Below are positions 19,679-27,869 of a DNA stretch of 64,000 nt, one piece after another. The notes below the pieces were generated by a model. It was not told where the DNA came from. It saw only the letters and a list, made by a program, of their open reading frames with translations, and did not search any database. Source of the DNA: Burkholderiaceae bacterium (GTDB lineage: Bacteria; Patescibacteriota; Saccharimonadia; Saccharimonadales; AQU-01); NCBI GenBank assembly GCA_043788365.1, contig JAYVTZ010000002.1, positions 124,032 through 188,031 on the forward strand. The letters run 5' to 3'. Made by a program: the position numbers and the translations under genes. How positions within the stretch are numbered: the stretch's first letter is position 1; every line of letters begins with the position of its first letter.

Positions 19679-20095
19679 ATGCTTGTCACAAACTCAATAA
19701 AATCTAGACTCAGACGACACAAAGAATTTAGATACCTAGTAGCAGGAGGATTAAGTGAAGTAATCGAGTACACCAGTTTCATACTGATCTATTCTATTTA
19801 TCGACACTTGTATTTTGCCAACACGCTTAGCTTTATATTTGGCGTCGCCAGCGGATTTCTTTTACATAAACTATGGACCTTCCCGGGTGAACATAGGTTC
19901 AAAACACGTGAACAGTTTATTGGTTACTGTACGCTCGCACTAATTAATTTTTTCATAATTACCGCTACAATCGGCTACCTAGTTAACTCAGTTTCAGTGC
20001 CCGCATATATTGCTAAGTTCCTAGCGATTGCGATTGCTGCAGTATGGAGCTACTTTTTTGCAAATCGTGTATTCTTCAAAACAAACAATAAGTAA
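19679..20095 (+). CDS. GtrA-family flippase-like protein
   Basis: FRYLVAGG; four TM helices; HKLWTF and NRVFF. Confidence 0.85.
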   Translation: MLVTNSIKSRLRRHKEFRYLVAGGLSEVIEYTSFILIYSIYRHLYFANTLSFIFGVASGFLLHKLWTFPGEHRFKTREQFIGYCTLALINFFIITATIGYLVNSVSVPAYIAKFLAIAIAAVWSYFFANRVFFKTNNK

Positions 20096-20096
20096 C

Positions 20097-20909
20097 TCAA
20101 TAGGTCTTAAGTGCAAACCGGACGGCCCGATCAACTCTGCCTAGATTAGCGCCAATCTGGCCTGGCTTCATTTCTATAGACACGAAGCCTTCATAGCCCA
20201 CCGATTTCAGTGCTTTCGCAGCGGCAACATGATTCACGTCGGATAGCTCATCAACCTGTTCAAGATATGGCGAGCTGATATGAAAATGCTTGAGTAAGTT
20301 TCGTGAGTTATTTATAGAGCCAGCTATATCATCACCAGCTAGTGTCATGCCGGCTATATCAAGATGGAGCCCAAATCCTGGATTTGATAACGATCGAACT
20401 AGCTCAAGGCCTGATGCTGCATCAGTAATAAAGTCACAGCCATATTGAACGGGGTTAGGTTCTATACAAAAACTAACTCCCTTCTCTGCTGCCGTATTGC
20501 CTATTTCTTGAAAAAACTCAACTGCAATCTTTGTCGCATCATCTATTGATAGTAAATGTATTTGGCGATTTTTGGGTGACCCAAATACCATGCGTTTCGC
20601 GCCCATATCGGCAGCTAAGCCAATAAAATCTTGCAGGTACTTGAGCGTCTCTTGTCTATTTTGCTCTGATTCAAAAATTTTCAAATCTGGACGCGTAAAT
20701 AGCATTGACTGAAACGCGACGATTTCAATATCATAGTTTTTCCAAAATTTTATATATTTACCTATATCAGCAGCGCTTGCTTTGGTCGGATCCTGCCAAA
20801 TTTTGGTAGGCGCAATCTCAATATACCTAACACCTAATTCCATTAGTCTTTCTGCAACTTCAGCCTCCTCTTCATTTAACCAGGCAATGTTTGATACCGC
20901 TAGCTTCAT
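20097..20909 (-). CDS. Sugar-phosphate isomerase/epimerase (xylose-isomerase-like TIM barrel)
   Basis: KLAVSNIAW, VFGSPKNR, CIEPNP, HLD, HFHIS and VSIEM metal ligands. Confidence 0.82.
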   Translation of the reverse strand: MKLAVSNIAWLNEEEAEVAERLMELGVRYIEIAPTKIWQDPTKASAADIGKYIKFWKNYDIEIVAFQSMLFTRPDLKIFESEQNRQETLKYLQDFIGLAADMGAKRMVFGSPKNRQIHLLSIDDATKIAVEFFQEIGNTAAEKGVSFCIEPNPVQYGCDFITDAASGLELVRSLSNPGFGLHLDIAGMTLAGDDIAGSINNSRNLLKHFHISSPYLEQVDELSDVNHVAAAKALKSVGYEGFVSIEMKPGQIGANLGRVDRAVRFALKTY

Positions 20910-21691
20910 GACAGCCTCAATTTTTCATTTACAATAAAATCTTTAATATCTTCCAGAATCTGTGTTTTTGTATACATATAGAAATTTTGCGAGCTAAAGA
21001 TTTGAGCAAATTTCGAATGAATATCATAATTCCCTGGCTGGACTCCATCAATATGATTGTTAAAATCTTCTATACCCAATGCTGCCCTTGCAAGTTCATC
21101 AGTTCTTATTGGTTCAGTTGCGAAATTGATCAGCTCCAGTTTATTATCAACTGTCACATTAATATCTTTAACTAGGTTGCTCAGGTTGTAATACTGGAAT
21201 ACGCCGGCATGTTCAATTTTTTCGACATTATTATTGTGTAAAAGGTCATAGATGACATTTTTCTTTAGCCCGTCACCAAACAATCCCGGTAAACGAATAA
21301 CTGTACAGTTAAAATTATCTCTACAGAACTCCTCCAGCATCATTCGATGAAGCCCGTATGGGTGCAAGCTATCGACATCTATAATGGTATCTTCGTCAAC
21401 GCCGGCAGTGTTATTATAAACATCAATAGTAGATATTAGGACTAGTTTTTTAGTCTTAACCTGCTTTAGATGTTCTATCAAACTATTAATTTCTTTAATG
21501 TCAGTTTCTGGGTCTTGGTTGATGCGCCATTTCTCGGCACGAGCACCGGCACAATATAGAACGTCAAACTCTCTTCCAATAATTTCATTGATGTTTTTTG
21601 AATTATATAGTTTGCCGGGCTTTGCTTGTCGTGCAATATTTGAGCCCACAAATCCTGTATAACCAATCAGCCCAATTCTTTCATTAATCAT
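20906..21691 (-). CDS. NAD-dependent epimerase/reductase (SDR-like)
   Basis: IGYTGFVGSN, ISTIDVY, PYG and RLPGLFG. Confidence 0.8.
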   Translation of the reverse strand: MINERIGLIGYTGFVGSNIARQAKPGKLYNSKNINEIIGREFDVLYCAGARAEKWRINQDPETDIKEINSLIEHLKQVKTKKLVLISTIDVYNNTAGVDEDTIIDVDSLHPYGLHRMMLEEFCRDNFNCTVIRLPGLFGDGLKKNVIYDLLHNNNVEKIEHAGVFQYYNLSNLVKDINVTVDNKLELINFATEPIRTDELARAALGIEDFNNHIDGVQPGNYDIHSKFAQIFSSQNFYMYTKTQILEDIKDFIVNEKLRLS

Positions 21692-21738
21692 AGATCCTCG
21701 CTTATCTTATCGGCGTAAATACATGGTACTATACATCT

Positions 21739-21861
21739 ATGCAAATTTCTAAAGATAGGTACTTGCTGGGGCCGTTTAGTGAGTTTACTGCTCGTATATT
21801 GTCGTTTAGTCTTACCCCAAAAACATTAACTGCTTTGTATAATTATTCAAAAATTCTATAA
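21739..21861 (+). CDS. Possible 40-aa small ORF
   Basis: MQISKDRYLLGPFSEFTARILSFSLTPKTLTALYNYSKIL, preceded by TGgTACTAT-6nt-ATG, the same layout as many real genes in this window. Confidence 0.3.
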   Translation: MQISKDRYLLGPFSEFTARILSFSLTPKTLTALYNYSKIL

Positions 21862-21912
21862 CGTAGGTACTTCAAACAATTAGTACGACTTCAATCCGGA
21901 AGTAATTTTATT

Positions 21913-22701
21913 CTATTTGTTGATACTAGTCAGCGGTTCATAACCGCCCTTACCCAGCAGCATATCCATTTGCAGGAAAAACTGCTGGTATCGCTTTGTA
22001 TCAAAAATAGCATTGTTTGTTTCCTCAGCCGTCATCTTTGGCGGGTGTATTAAATCAACCAATATACCCCCGACAGCGTGCCCTGCCTGTCGAGCATCTA
22101 AGACAGACGTGTATAAGTACATCCAGTTGTTGCCATATTGTTCAACGTCATAATTAACAAGGTGTTCTGCTCCTCGAGCAGTAAAAGCTCTTCCCCCACT
22201 TAAAGCATCAGGAGGAAAACCTAAGTGCTGCTCTAATAGCCAGCCCGCCATTTTTTCGGTCCTTGCTTGAGTTGGCGGCAATGACCTAAGACCTTCGTCT
22301 GTGCGCCCAATAACTAAAACATCAAAATCATCTAGTGCATCATTTATAACCTGGCTAAATTTTGACATACCTGTCTTTTCAGGCTCTTGTTTGAGTAAAC
22401 GATTGGCGCCTCGTTCTAGGGCAAATTTTGCACCATCTATATATTGAGTCGCTAAACCGGGACGAGGTGCGGGTACTACTATTGCCCCCCTATTAGAAAA
22501 AATATCAGCCACTTCTTTGCTTGGCGATGCATCAACGACTACCAGTGGTAATTTTGTCTCTCTATAGCCATCAATTGTCTCTAAAGCCAGGTCAAAACGT
22601 GTTCCTTCCGGTGCATCGAAATACGTGCTAGTGAGACCTACTAATTGTTGCCTCTCTAAGTCTAGGTCTGTGTGTAAATTGGCGATGCTTTTATGGGACA
22701 T
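21913..22701 (-). CDS. Hypothetical protein, possibly GT-A-like fold
   Basis: LVVVDAS and EPEK motifs; located in the glycan cluster. Confidence 0.55.
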   Translation of the reverse strand: MSHKSIANLHTDLDLERQQLVGLTSTYFDAPEGTRFDLALETIDGYRETKLPLVVVDASPSKEVADIFSNRGAIVVPAPRPGLATQYIDGAKFALERGANRLLKQEPEKTGMSKFSQVINDALDDFDVLVIGRTDEGLRSLPPTQARTEKMAGWLLEQHLGFPPDALSGGRAFTARGAEHLVNYDVEQYGNNWMYLYTSVLDARQAGHAVGGILVDLIHPPKMTAEETNNAIFDTKRYQQFFLQMDMLLGKGGYEPLTSINK

Positions 22702-22771
22702 AGAATGACCAAGTCATAATTAATCAATATGTTATGTTATATTATACTATGTTTTGTATATATTGACAACT

Positions 22772-23584
22772 CTATGGTCTGTATTTTCTTCTGGCCGACT
22801 TAATTAGGACGTTCATCACATGGAGATTGCCCTTAATAGGGCTTATCTTTGTCGGTGTCTTGCCTTTTAGTGGGTACTCTCGCGTAACTGGAGTTTCGAC
22901 GAGCTTAAACCTATTATCTCTAGCAGCTTCAATCGCTAGATAGTAATGTAGTTCATAGGTCTGGAATATGTCTCTAAATACTGAAATATTTTTATCTGCT
23001 AAGAGCTTACGGCTATAAGCCCTAAAACCATTAGTGGTATCGGTATGACGATGGCGAGCCGCCAAACTAATAAGGGGTGCATGTAATAATCGGACCGCTA
23101 TTAGACGCTCTAGTGGCGTGTTTAGGGCTTTACCCCCTTTGATAAATCTGGAACCCTGAATATGATCATAGCCTTCATCAAGTAGCGCTAAAAAATCAGT
23201 AATTGCAGATATGTCGTCTTTGCCATTACCGTCAACTACAACTACCCCCTCATAGCCCTCACTCAGCGCCCATGCGAAAGCCATTCGCATCTGTGCACTC
23301 AACTTACCTATACCCTTTTTAGTTAGCAGCGTACGAACCTTATGTGCCTTAAGAAATTTATGAGCTAGCGAACCGTCTGTGCTACCCCCGTCAGCAATGA
23401 CTATATCTACTATGTTGGCATATGCTTCCATGGCCTCTATTTGCTTTTTTATTTTATTACCTTCATTAATTACAAAAACGCAAGCAGCGTACCTGGACGT
23501 TTTTTTATAAAAATCTACAGCGTCAAAATCTGGAAACTCCCAATCAAGATGCTGCTGCCTAATGTATTCGTCGTATTTATTCAT
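22772..23584 (-). CDS. GT2 polyprenol-phosphate glycosyltransferase (DPM1-like)
   Basis: VINEG, ADGGSTDGS, VDGNGKDD, QGSRF and DTTNGFRAYS. Confidence 0.87.
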   Translation of the reverse strand: MNKYDEYIRQQHLDWEFPDFDAVDFYKKTSRYAACVFVINEGNKIKKQIEAMEAYANIVDIVIADGGSTDGSLAHKFLKAHKVRTLLTKKGIGKLSAQMRMAFAWALSEGYEGVVVVDGNGKDDISAITDFLALLDEGYDHIQGSRFIKGGKALNTPLERLIAVRLLHAPLISLAARHRHTDTTNGFRAYSRKLLADKNISVFRDIFQTYELHYYLAIEAARDNRFKLVETPVTREYPLKGKTPTKISPIKGNLHVMNVLIKSARRKYRP

Positions 23585-23617
23585 AAAGTAATTGTATCAG
23601 GATTAACCCTGGCTATT

Positions 23618-24115
23618 TTAATATCTGGCCCTGTAGGCCTTGCGTGCCCTTTCAAGGATACTCTTTTGCTGCTCAATAAAATTCTCTGGAAGTGAACTAA
23701 TATCGAAGAATTGTCCAACATTGGTCTGGCCCTCAACCTTTAGCCAATACTCAAGACCAATGCTATTTCCCCTCAAGTATTTGTTAAAATGTGCGCCAAC
23801 GAAGTGGGGCTTTGACAATACCACGCCCGCAAGTTCTTCTTCATAAAGCCTCTTGAAGGCATCATCCAGGTTGTTGTCTGTCGGGCGCAACACGGTACCA
23901 GGTAAATGAAACATAGCTGGCCACACCGGGTCATCATCTGACCTTTTTGTTAGCAAAACCTCCAAAATACTATCGCTTTCTCTTAGCAAAACAAACTCTA
24001 TGGCTGGGTAAACGGCCACTTTTGCAACCGCCTCAAATACTTCTCTTGGCAGATTGCCTGGCTCACACTTACTTAATAACACTACGAGAGTTTTGGCTTC
24101 ATCGTCTGAAAGCAT
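23618..24115 (-). CDS. NUDIX-fold protein resembling GDP-mannose mannosyl hydrolase
   Basis: VLLTKR...FHLPGTVLRPTD..DAFKRLYEEELAG (degenerate Nudix box); start uncertain (24115 or 24133). Confidence 0.6.
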   Translation of the reverse strand: MLSDDEAKTLVVLLSKCEPGNLPREVFEAVAKVAVYPAIEFVLLRESDSILEVLLTKRSDDDPVWPAMFHLPGTVLRPTDNNLDDAFKRLYEEELAGVVLSKPHFVGAHFNKYLRGNSIGLEYWLKVEGQTNVGQFFDISSLPENFIEQQKSILERARKAYRARY

Positions 24116-24119
24116 AGAG

Positions 24120-25094
24120 CTACTTAGTGACATTTCTTCGCGTTTCATCCGCAAGACTAATGGTGCTGCTCAGCTCGTTCATGACGTTATATGGTGGCTC
24201 ATTCCTGGATTCAACAAGTATTTTACCTATATACTCGGATATCATCGCAAGAATAATAAACAGGAAGAAGAACATAAATGAAGCTTGTAGGGATAGAGTA
24301 GTCCAGCCTTTTTCTATATCGTGTCTGGATAGGTTAATAATCACGACGTAGGCAGTATAAATAACATTGACCACACTAGCAAAAATTCCAAAATAGCTAA
24401 CCACTCTTAAGGGGTGGCTTGAGTAATTGGCTAGAATATCTATGGCTTTTCCTATGAGTTTTCTGTTTGGTGTGTGTGCATAAGGAGTGGCGTTATTTGG
24501 CAACTTATAGCTATGGTGTGAGGCTGAAAACCCAACCCGTCTAGCAAGGTGTCTTACGTGTCGCACATATCTACCACTTCTTGTGAGTGCGTTTGCAGCG
24601 TTTCGATTTAATGACATATAGAATGTTGAGCCGTTGGGTATGTTAATCCCCAGATACTTCCTGTTATACCAGTAAAATATTTTTGCACCCGTATTCTCTA
24701 TAAAGTTTTTTCTTTTTAGATTTGTGGCAATACCAAAAACTATATCGTTAGTAAGATTATCTTTTATAAAATCTGGTATTAAATCAACCGGATCTTGATT
24801 GTATAGAATGCAAATATAGTCTCCTATAGATGCTTCTACGCCCGCGAAAATGGCAGTATCTATATCTGTATTTCTTGCGAGCTGGATCACGCGTATACAT
24901 GGTACAGATGATAGGATTTTTTTACACTTATCAATTTCTTCAGCACTAAGACCATTATCCACAACCACCACTTCGTAGTTTGTATAATCAGCCATTAATA
25001 TATCGGCGACACTGGACACTCTGACAGATACATTTGCCGAAAATTCATCAACTATCAACAGTGTGCTCACAAAAATATTAGTCTTTTTTGCCAT
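24120..25094 (-). CDS. GT2 (GtrB/ArnC-like) glycosyltransferase with two C-terminal TM helices
   Basis: YEVVVVDNG; YSSHPLR; two TMs; EYIGKILVESRNEPPY. The DxD motif looks degenerate. Confidence 0.8.
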   Translation of the reverse strand: MAKKTNIFVSTLLIVDEFSANVSVRVSSVADILMADYTNYEVVVVDNGLSAEEIDKCKKILSSVPCIRVIQLARNTDIDTAIFAGVEASIGDYICILYNQDPVDLIPDFIKDNLTNDIVFGIATNLKRKNFIENTGAKIFYWYNRKYLGINIPNGSTFYMSLNRNAANALTRSGRYVRHVRHLARRVGFSASHHSYKLPNNATPYAHTPNRKLIGKAIDILANYSSHPLRVVSYFGIFASVVNVIYTAYVVIINLSRHDIEKGWTTLSLQASFMFFFLFIILAMISEYIGKILVESRNEPPYNVMNELSSTISLADETRRNVTK

Positions 25095-26196
25095 ATGTAA
25101 CTTTCAGCTCTTTAAATACGTCATATATATTATCTATCTTACCACCCATTAGACAGATGTAGTTATGTATACCCCCGTAGTGGTCTTTGTATAATATAGG
25201 CCTGCTGTCATCCCCTTCACTTTGAGGCAATACAGTCTTAATCTCCCATAGTGACTCTCCGCTATACTCAATCTTATCGGCAAGAGGCATGTAGCGCCGA
25301 ACATCTGCTATCATTTGAGGGTAGTGACTAATCTTCTTAATTTCACTAAGATACAGATGAGAATCTCTTACATCGTCTTCGCTATCATACCATTCGCTGT
25401 GTGGCGTATACCTAACGTGAGATAAAGTATACATGTTTTTATCAGGGAACGGCATAAGCGAGAAGAATGGGCCGCACATGATAGTGAATGCGCTACCTTT
25501 AAGCTCGTCCGGGATAGTAACTAAACACATTTCTGTAAGTTCGTGTTTGAAGGGTATTATCGGAAGGCCAGAATTTTTGTTTACAGAATTTATTGATGAA
25601 TAGGTTGTATTTATGACAGATCCTGCCAGATAATTTCTGGCTGCAGTATGCACTATAATCCCTTCATCTACTTTTGTGATTTTTATAACCTTTTCGTTGG
25701 TTTTTATTGCGATGTCTAGCGCCTCTAGCCTACTCAATAACATCTTCTTCAGAATGGCCGTATTAAAGGCATACTCTTCAACTTCAAACACGCCCTCGAT
25801 TAGTTTTTTATCGAAATACTCAACGCCAATCAACGAAGGAGCAATTTTAGCACCAATCCGCTCATAAAAGCGAAAAAATTGGCGAGCAGAGACTTTAGAA
25901 AGATTAGAAGCTACGCCATAATACTTAACAAAATCCTTAACAATTGCTTCATCATACTCTTCTGAAAATATAGGTAGATTAACCCGCGACCTTAGTGCCG
26001 TTAAAACACTACGTGGATAATGATACCCTCCATGCACCCTTGCCTGGTTGTTATACGAGGCTCTTAGCATGACATCGTCTTCTTTTTCTATAATCAACAC
26101 ATTCTTGGCACCTAACTCTTCCTTTAGGAACTGGGCAACTCTAAGGCCATAAAACCCGCCGCCTATGATTAAGTAATCGTAGTATTTCATAGACAT
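25078..26196 (-). CDS. FAD-dependent oxidoreductase
   Basis: IIGGGFYG; RASYNNQARVHGGYHYPRS; GGKIDN. Confidence 0.85.
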   Translation of the reverse strand: MSMKYYDYLIIGGGFYGLRVAQFLKEELGAKNVLIIEKEDDVMLRASYNNQARVHGGYHYPRSVLTALRSRVNLPIFSEEYDEAIVKDFVKYYGVASNLSKVSARQFFRFYERIGAKIAPSLIGVEYFDKKLIEGVFEVEEYAFNTAILKKMLLSRLEALDIAIKTNEKVIKITKVDEGIIVHTAARNYLAGSVINTTYSSINSVNKNSGLPIIPFKHELTEMCLVTIPDELKGSAFTIMCGPFFSLMPFPDKNMYTLSHVRYTPHSEWYDSEDDVRDSHLYLSEIKKISHYPQMIADVRRYMPLADKIEYSGESLWEIKTVLPQSEGDDSRPILYKDHYGGIHNYICLMGGKIDNIYDVFKELKVTYGKKD

Positions 26197-26199
26197 AAC

Positions 26200-27645
26200 C
26201 TAGTAATTTGCAAGATAATACAGTCCGAAACTTAACAGAATGAACATAGTTGATAAAACCTGTATTCCGTAATTCTCGACATAGCGTGGTGCACGCACAG
26301 TTATCATCCTCTGGTTAAATAAAAGGAGTGTCGTTATTGGTAGTACTGGTATTAGATACCTGCCTTGAATTCCCTGAATGAAGTCTGCTCCAACAGGTGT
26401 GAATGTAATAAATAAAGTCAGTGATATAAGTACTATAACTCCAATGATGCTTACAATAATTATATTGTTGTGCCAGCGTGTTTTTCTTAGGCAGTCTGAT
26501 TCTTTCTGATATTGGGCAGTAAGCACAAGACAAATCATGACCACAAATAGATACATAAATGCATTAGGCATACCGATTTGTCTATCGCCCATTCGTGCAA
26601 ACAGGGCGCCCAAAGTGTGATCTATACTTTCGTAGTGTGTCCTAACCAGAACTAGCAAGAAGCCGACTGGATGTGTGATGATATTATGGAGTTGTTCTGA
26701 GGTATTAGCATGGCCAGGTTGAAGTAAGACTATCATTTTAGTAATATGCCTACTCGCAACCAACCACCACCCCATGATTATGCCTGGGACAAGCACCCAA
26801 GATACTTTTTGTCTCCGTTCAACTTTTCTAGAAGCGAACATGTCGACACCAAGAAAGAGAAAGGGAAATAACAAGATTAGATATGTAAACTTGGTAAGAG
26901 CAATTAGAACTAGCACCGTTACTATTGTCCAGTAATCTTGCTTTGTAACCTTACTTTTGTCATTGATTTTCACCCATTCTGCAACTAGCAATAGGGCACC
27001 TGCATTCACGAGAGGGTCTAACGATATCGATGCCGCCTGAGCTAACGCAACGGGTAGCAGGGCTATACTTACAATCATCCATTTATAGCGAGTTGTAATT
27101 TTTATAGCCATACCGACCAAAAGAATATATAAAAATAGCCCTGCTAGTCGTGTCGCATATAAGATATAAAGCAAGGGTGCATTTACTAATCTGCCCACAA
27201 GAACAGTTAGCGCAAAATGCAGATAGCCAAATGGGCTATAGCTCACGGCTGCAAGAACCTGACTGTCAACGAGCGGGACATCTTGTAGTGTCTCTGAAAG
27301 GGTACGTTTTTTATATTGTTCATACATAATGGGATTAGTATCGTGACGATGGATGACAAAAACAGCCTGATTATTATCTAATATGTCACTGGTGCTTGTA
27401 CCTACAAACGCAACAAGACTTTGAGGTATATATGAACCATATCGCTGGTCAGCACCAATTTTTCTAGGCAAAAACTCACCTTTTGATATTGAATAAGATC
27501 TTAGGAAGTGCGCCCGCTCATCTAAACCAAAACCAGGTGGATTGGTAGCGACATAGAACAGACCGAAAAAACCCGCCGCCACTATAAAAAATATAAAAGG
27601 GTCTCGAATACTAGGCACCACCCGGTTTGTGAGAAATTTTTTCAT
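26200..27645 (-). CDS. DUF2142-like GT-C multi-pass membrane protein
   Basis: PPGFGLDERAHFLRSY, YSPFGY, TKFTY and GIQGRYLIP; many TM helices. Confidence 0.82.
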   Translation of the reverse strand: MKKFLTNRVVPSIRDPFIFFIVAAGFFGLFYVATNPPGFGLDERAHFLRSYSISKGEFLPRKIGADQRYGSYIPQSLVAFVGTSTSDILDNNQAVFVIHRHDTNPIMYEQYKKRTLSETLQDVPLVDSQVLAAVSYSPFGYLHFALTVLVGRLVNAPLLYILYATRLAGLFLYILLVGMAIKITTRYKWMIVSIALLPVALAQAASISLDPLVNAGALLLVAEWVKINDKSKVTKQDYWTIVTVLVLIALTKFTYLILLFPFLFLGVDMFASRKVERRQKVSWVLVPGIIMGWWLVASRHITKMIVLLQPGHANTSEQLHNIITHPVGFLLVLVRTHYESIDHTLGALFARMGDRQIGMPNAFMYLFVVMICLVLTAQYQKESDCLRKTRWHNNIIIVSIIGVIVLISLTLFITFTPVGADFIQGIQGRYLIPVLPITTLLLFNQRMITVRAPRYVENYGIQVLSTMFILLSFGLYYLANY

Positions 27646-27869
27646 ATCTTGGGCTAACTATAACAAATTGACTAGCTATTGTAAGTACTTTGCGACTAAC
27701 GACGTATTAGGCAAGACTGTTAGCGATGCTATGGGCTAGGTAGATTGAGGATATTGTTGTTTTATTACGTCTAATCCGTAGCTAGGGGCTTCATAAATAA
27801 TAAAGTAACGTATTGAATAAATTTTAAGTCATGCTCACATATCACTTTAAATAGCTTATACTTATCAAT

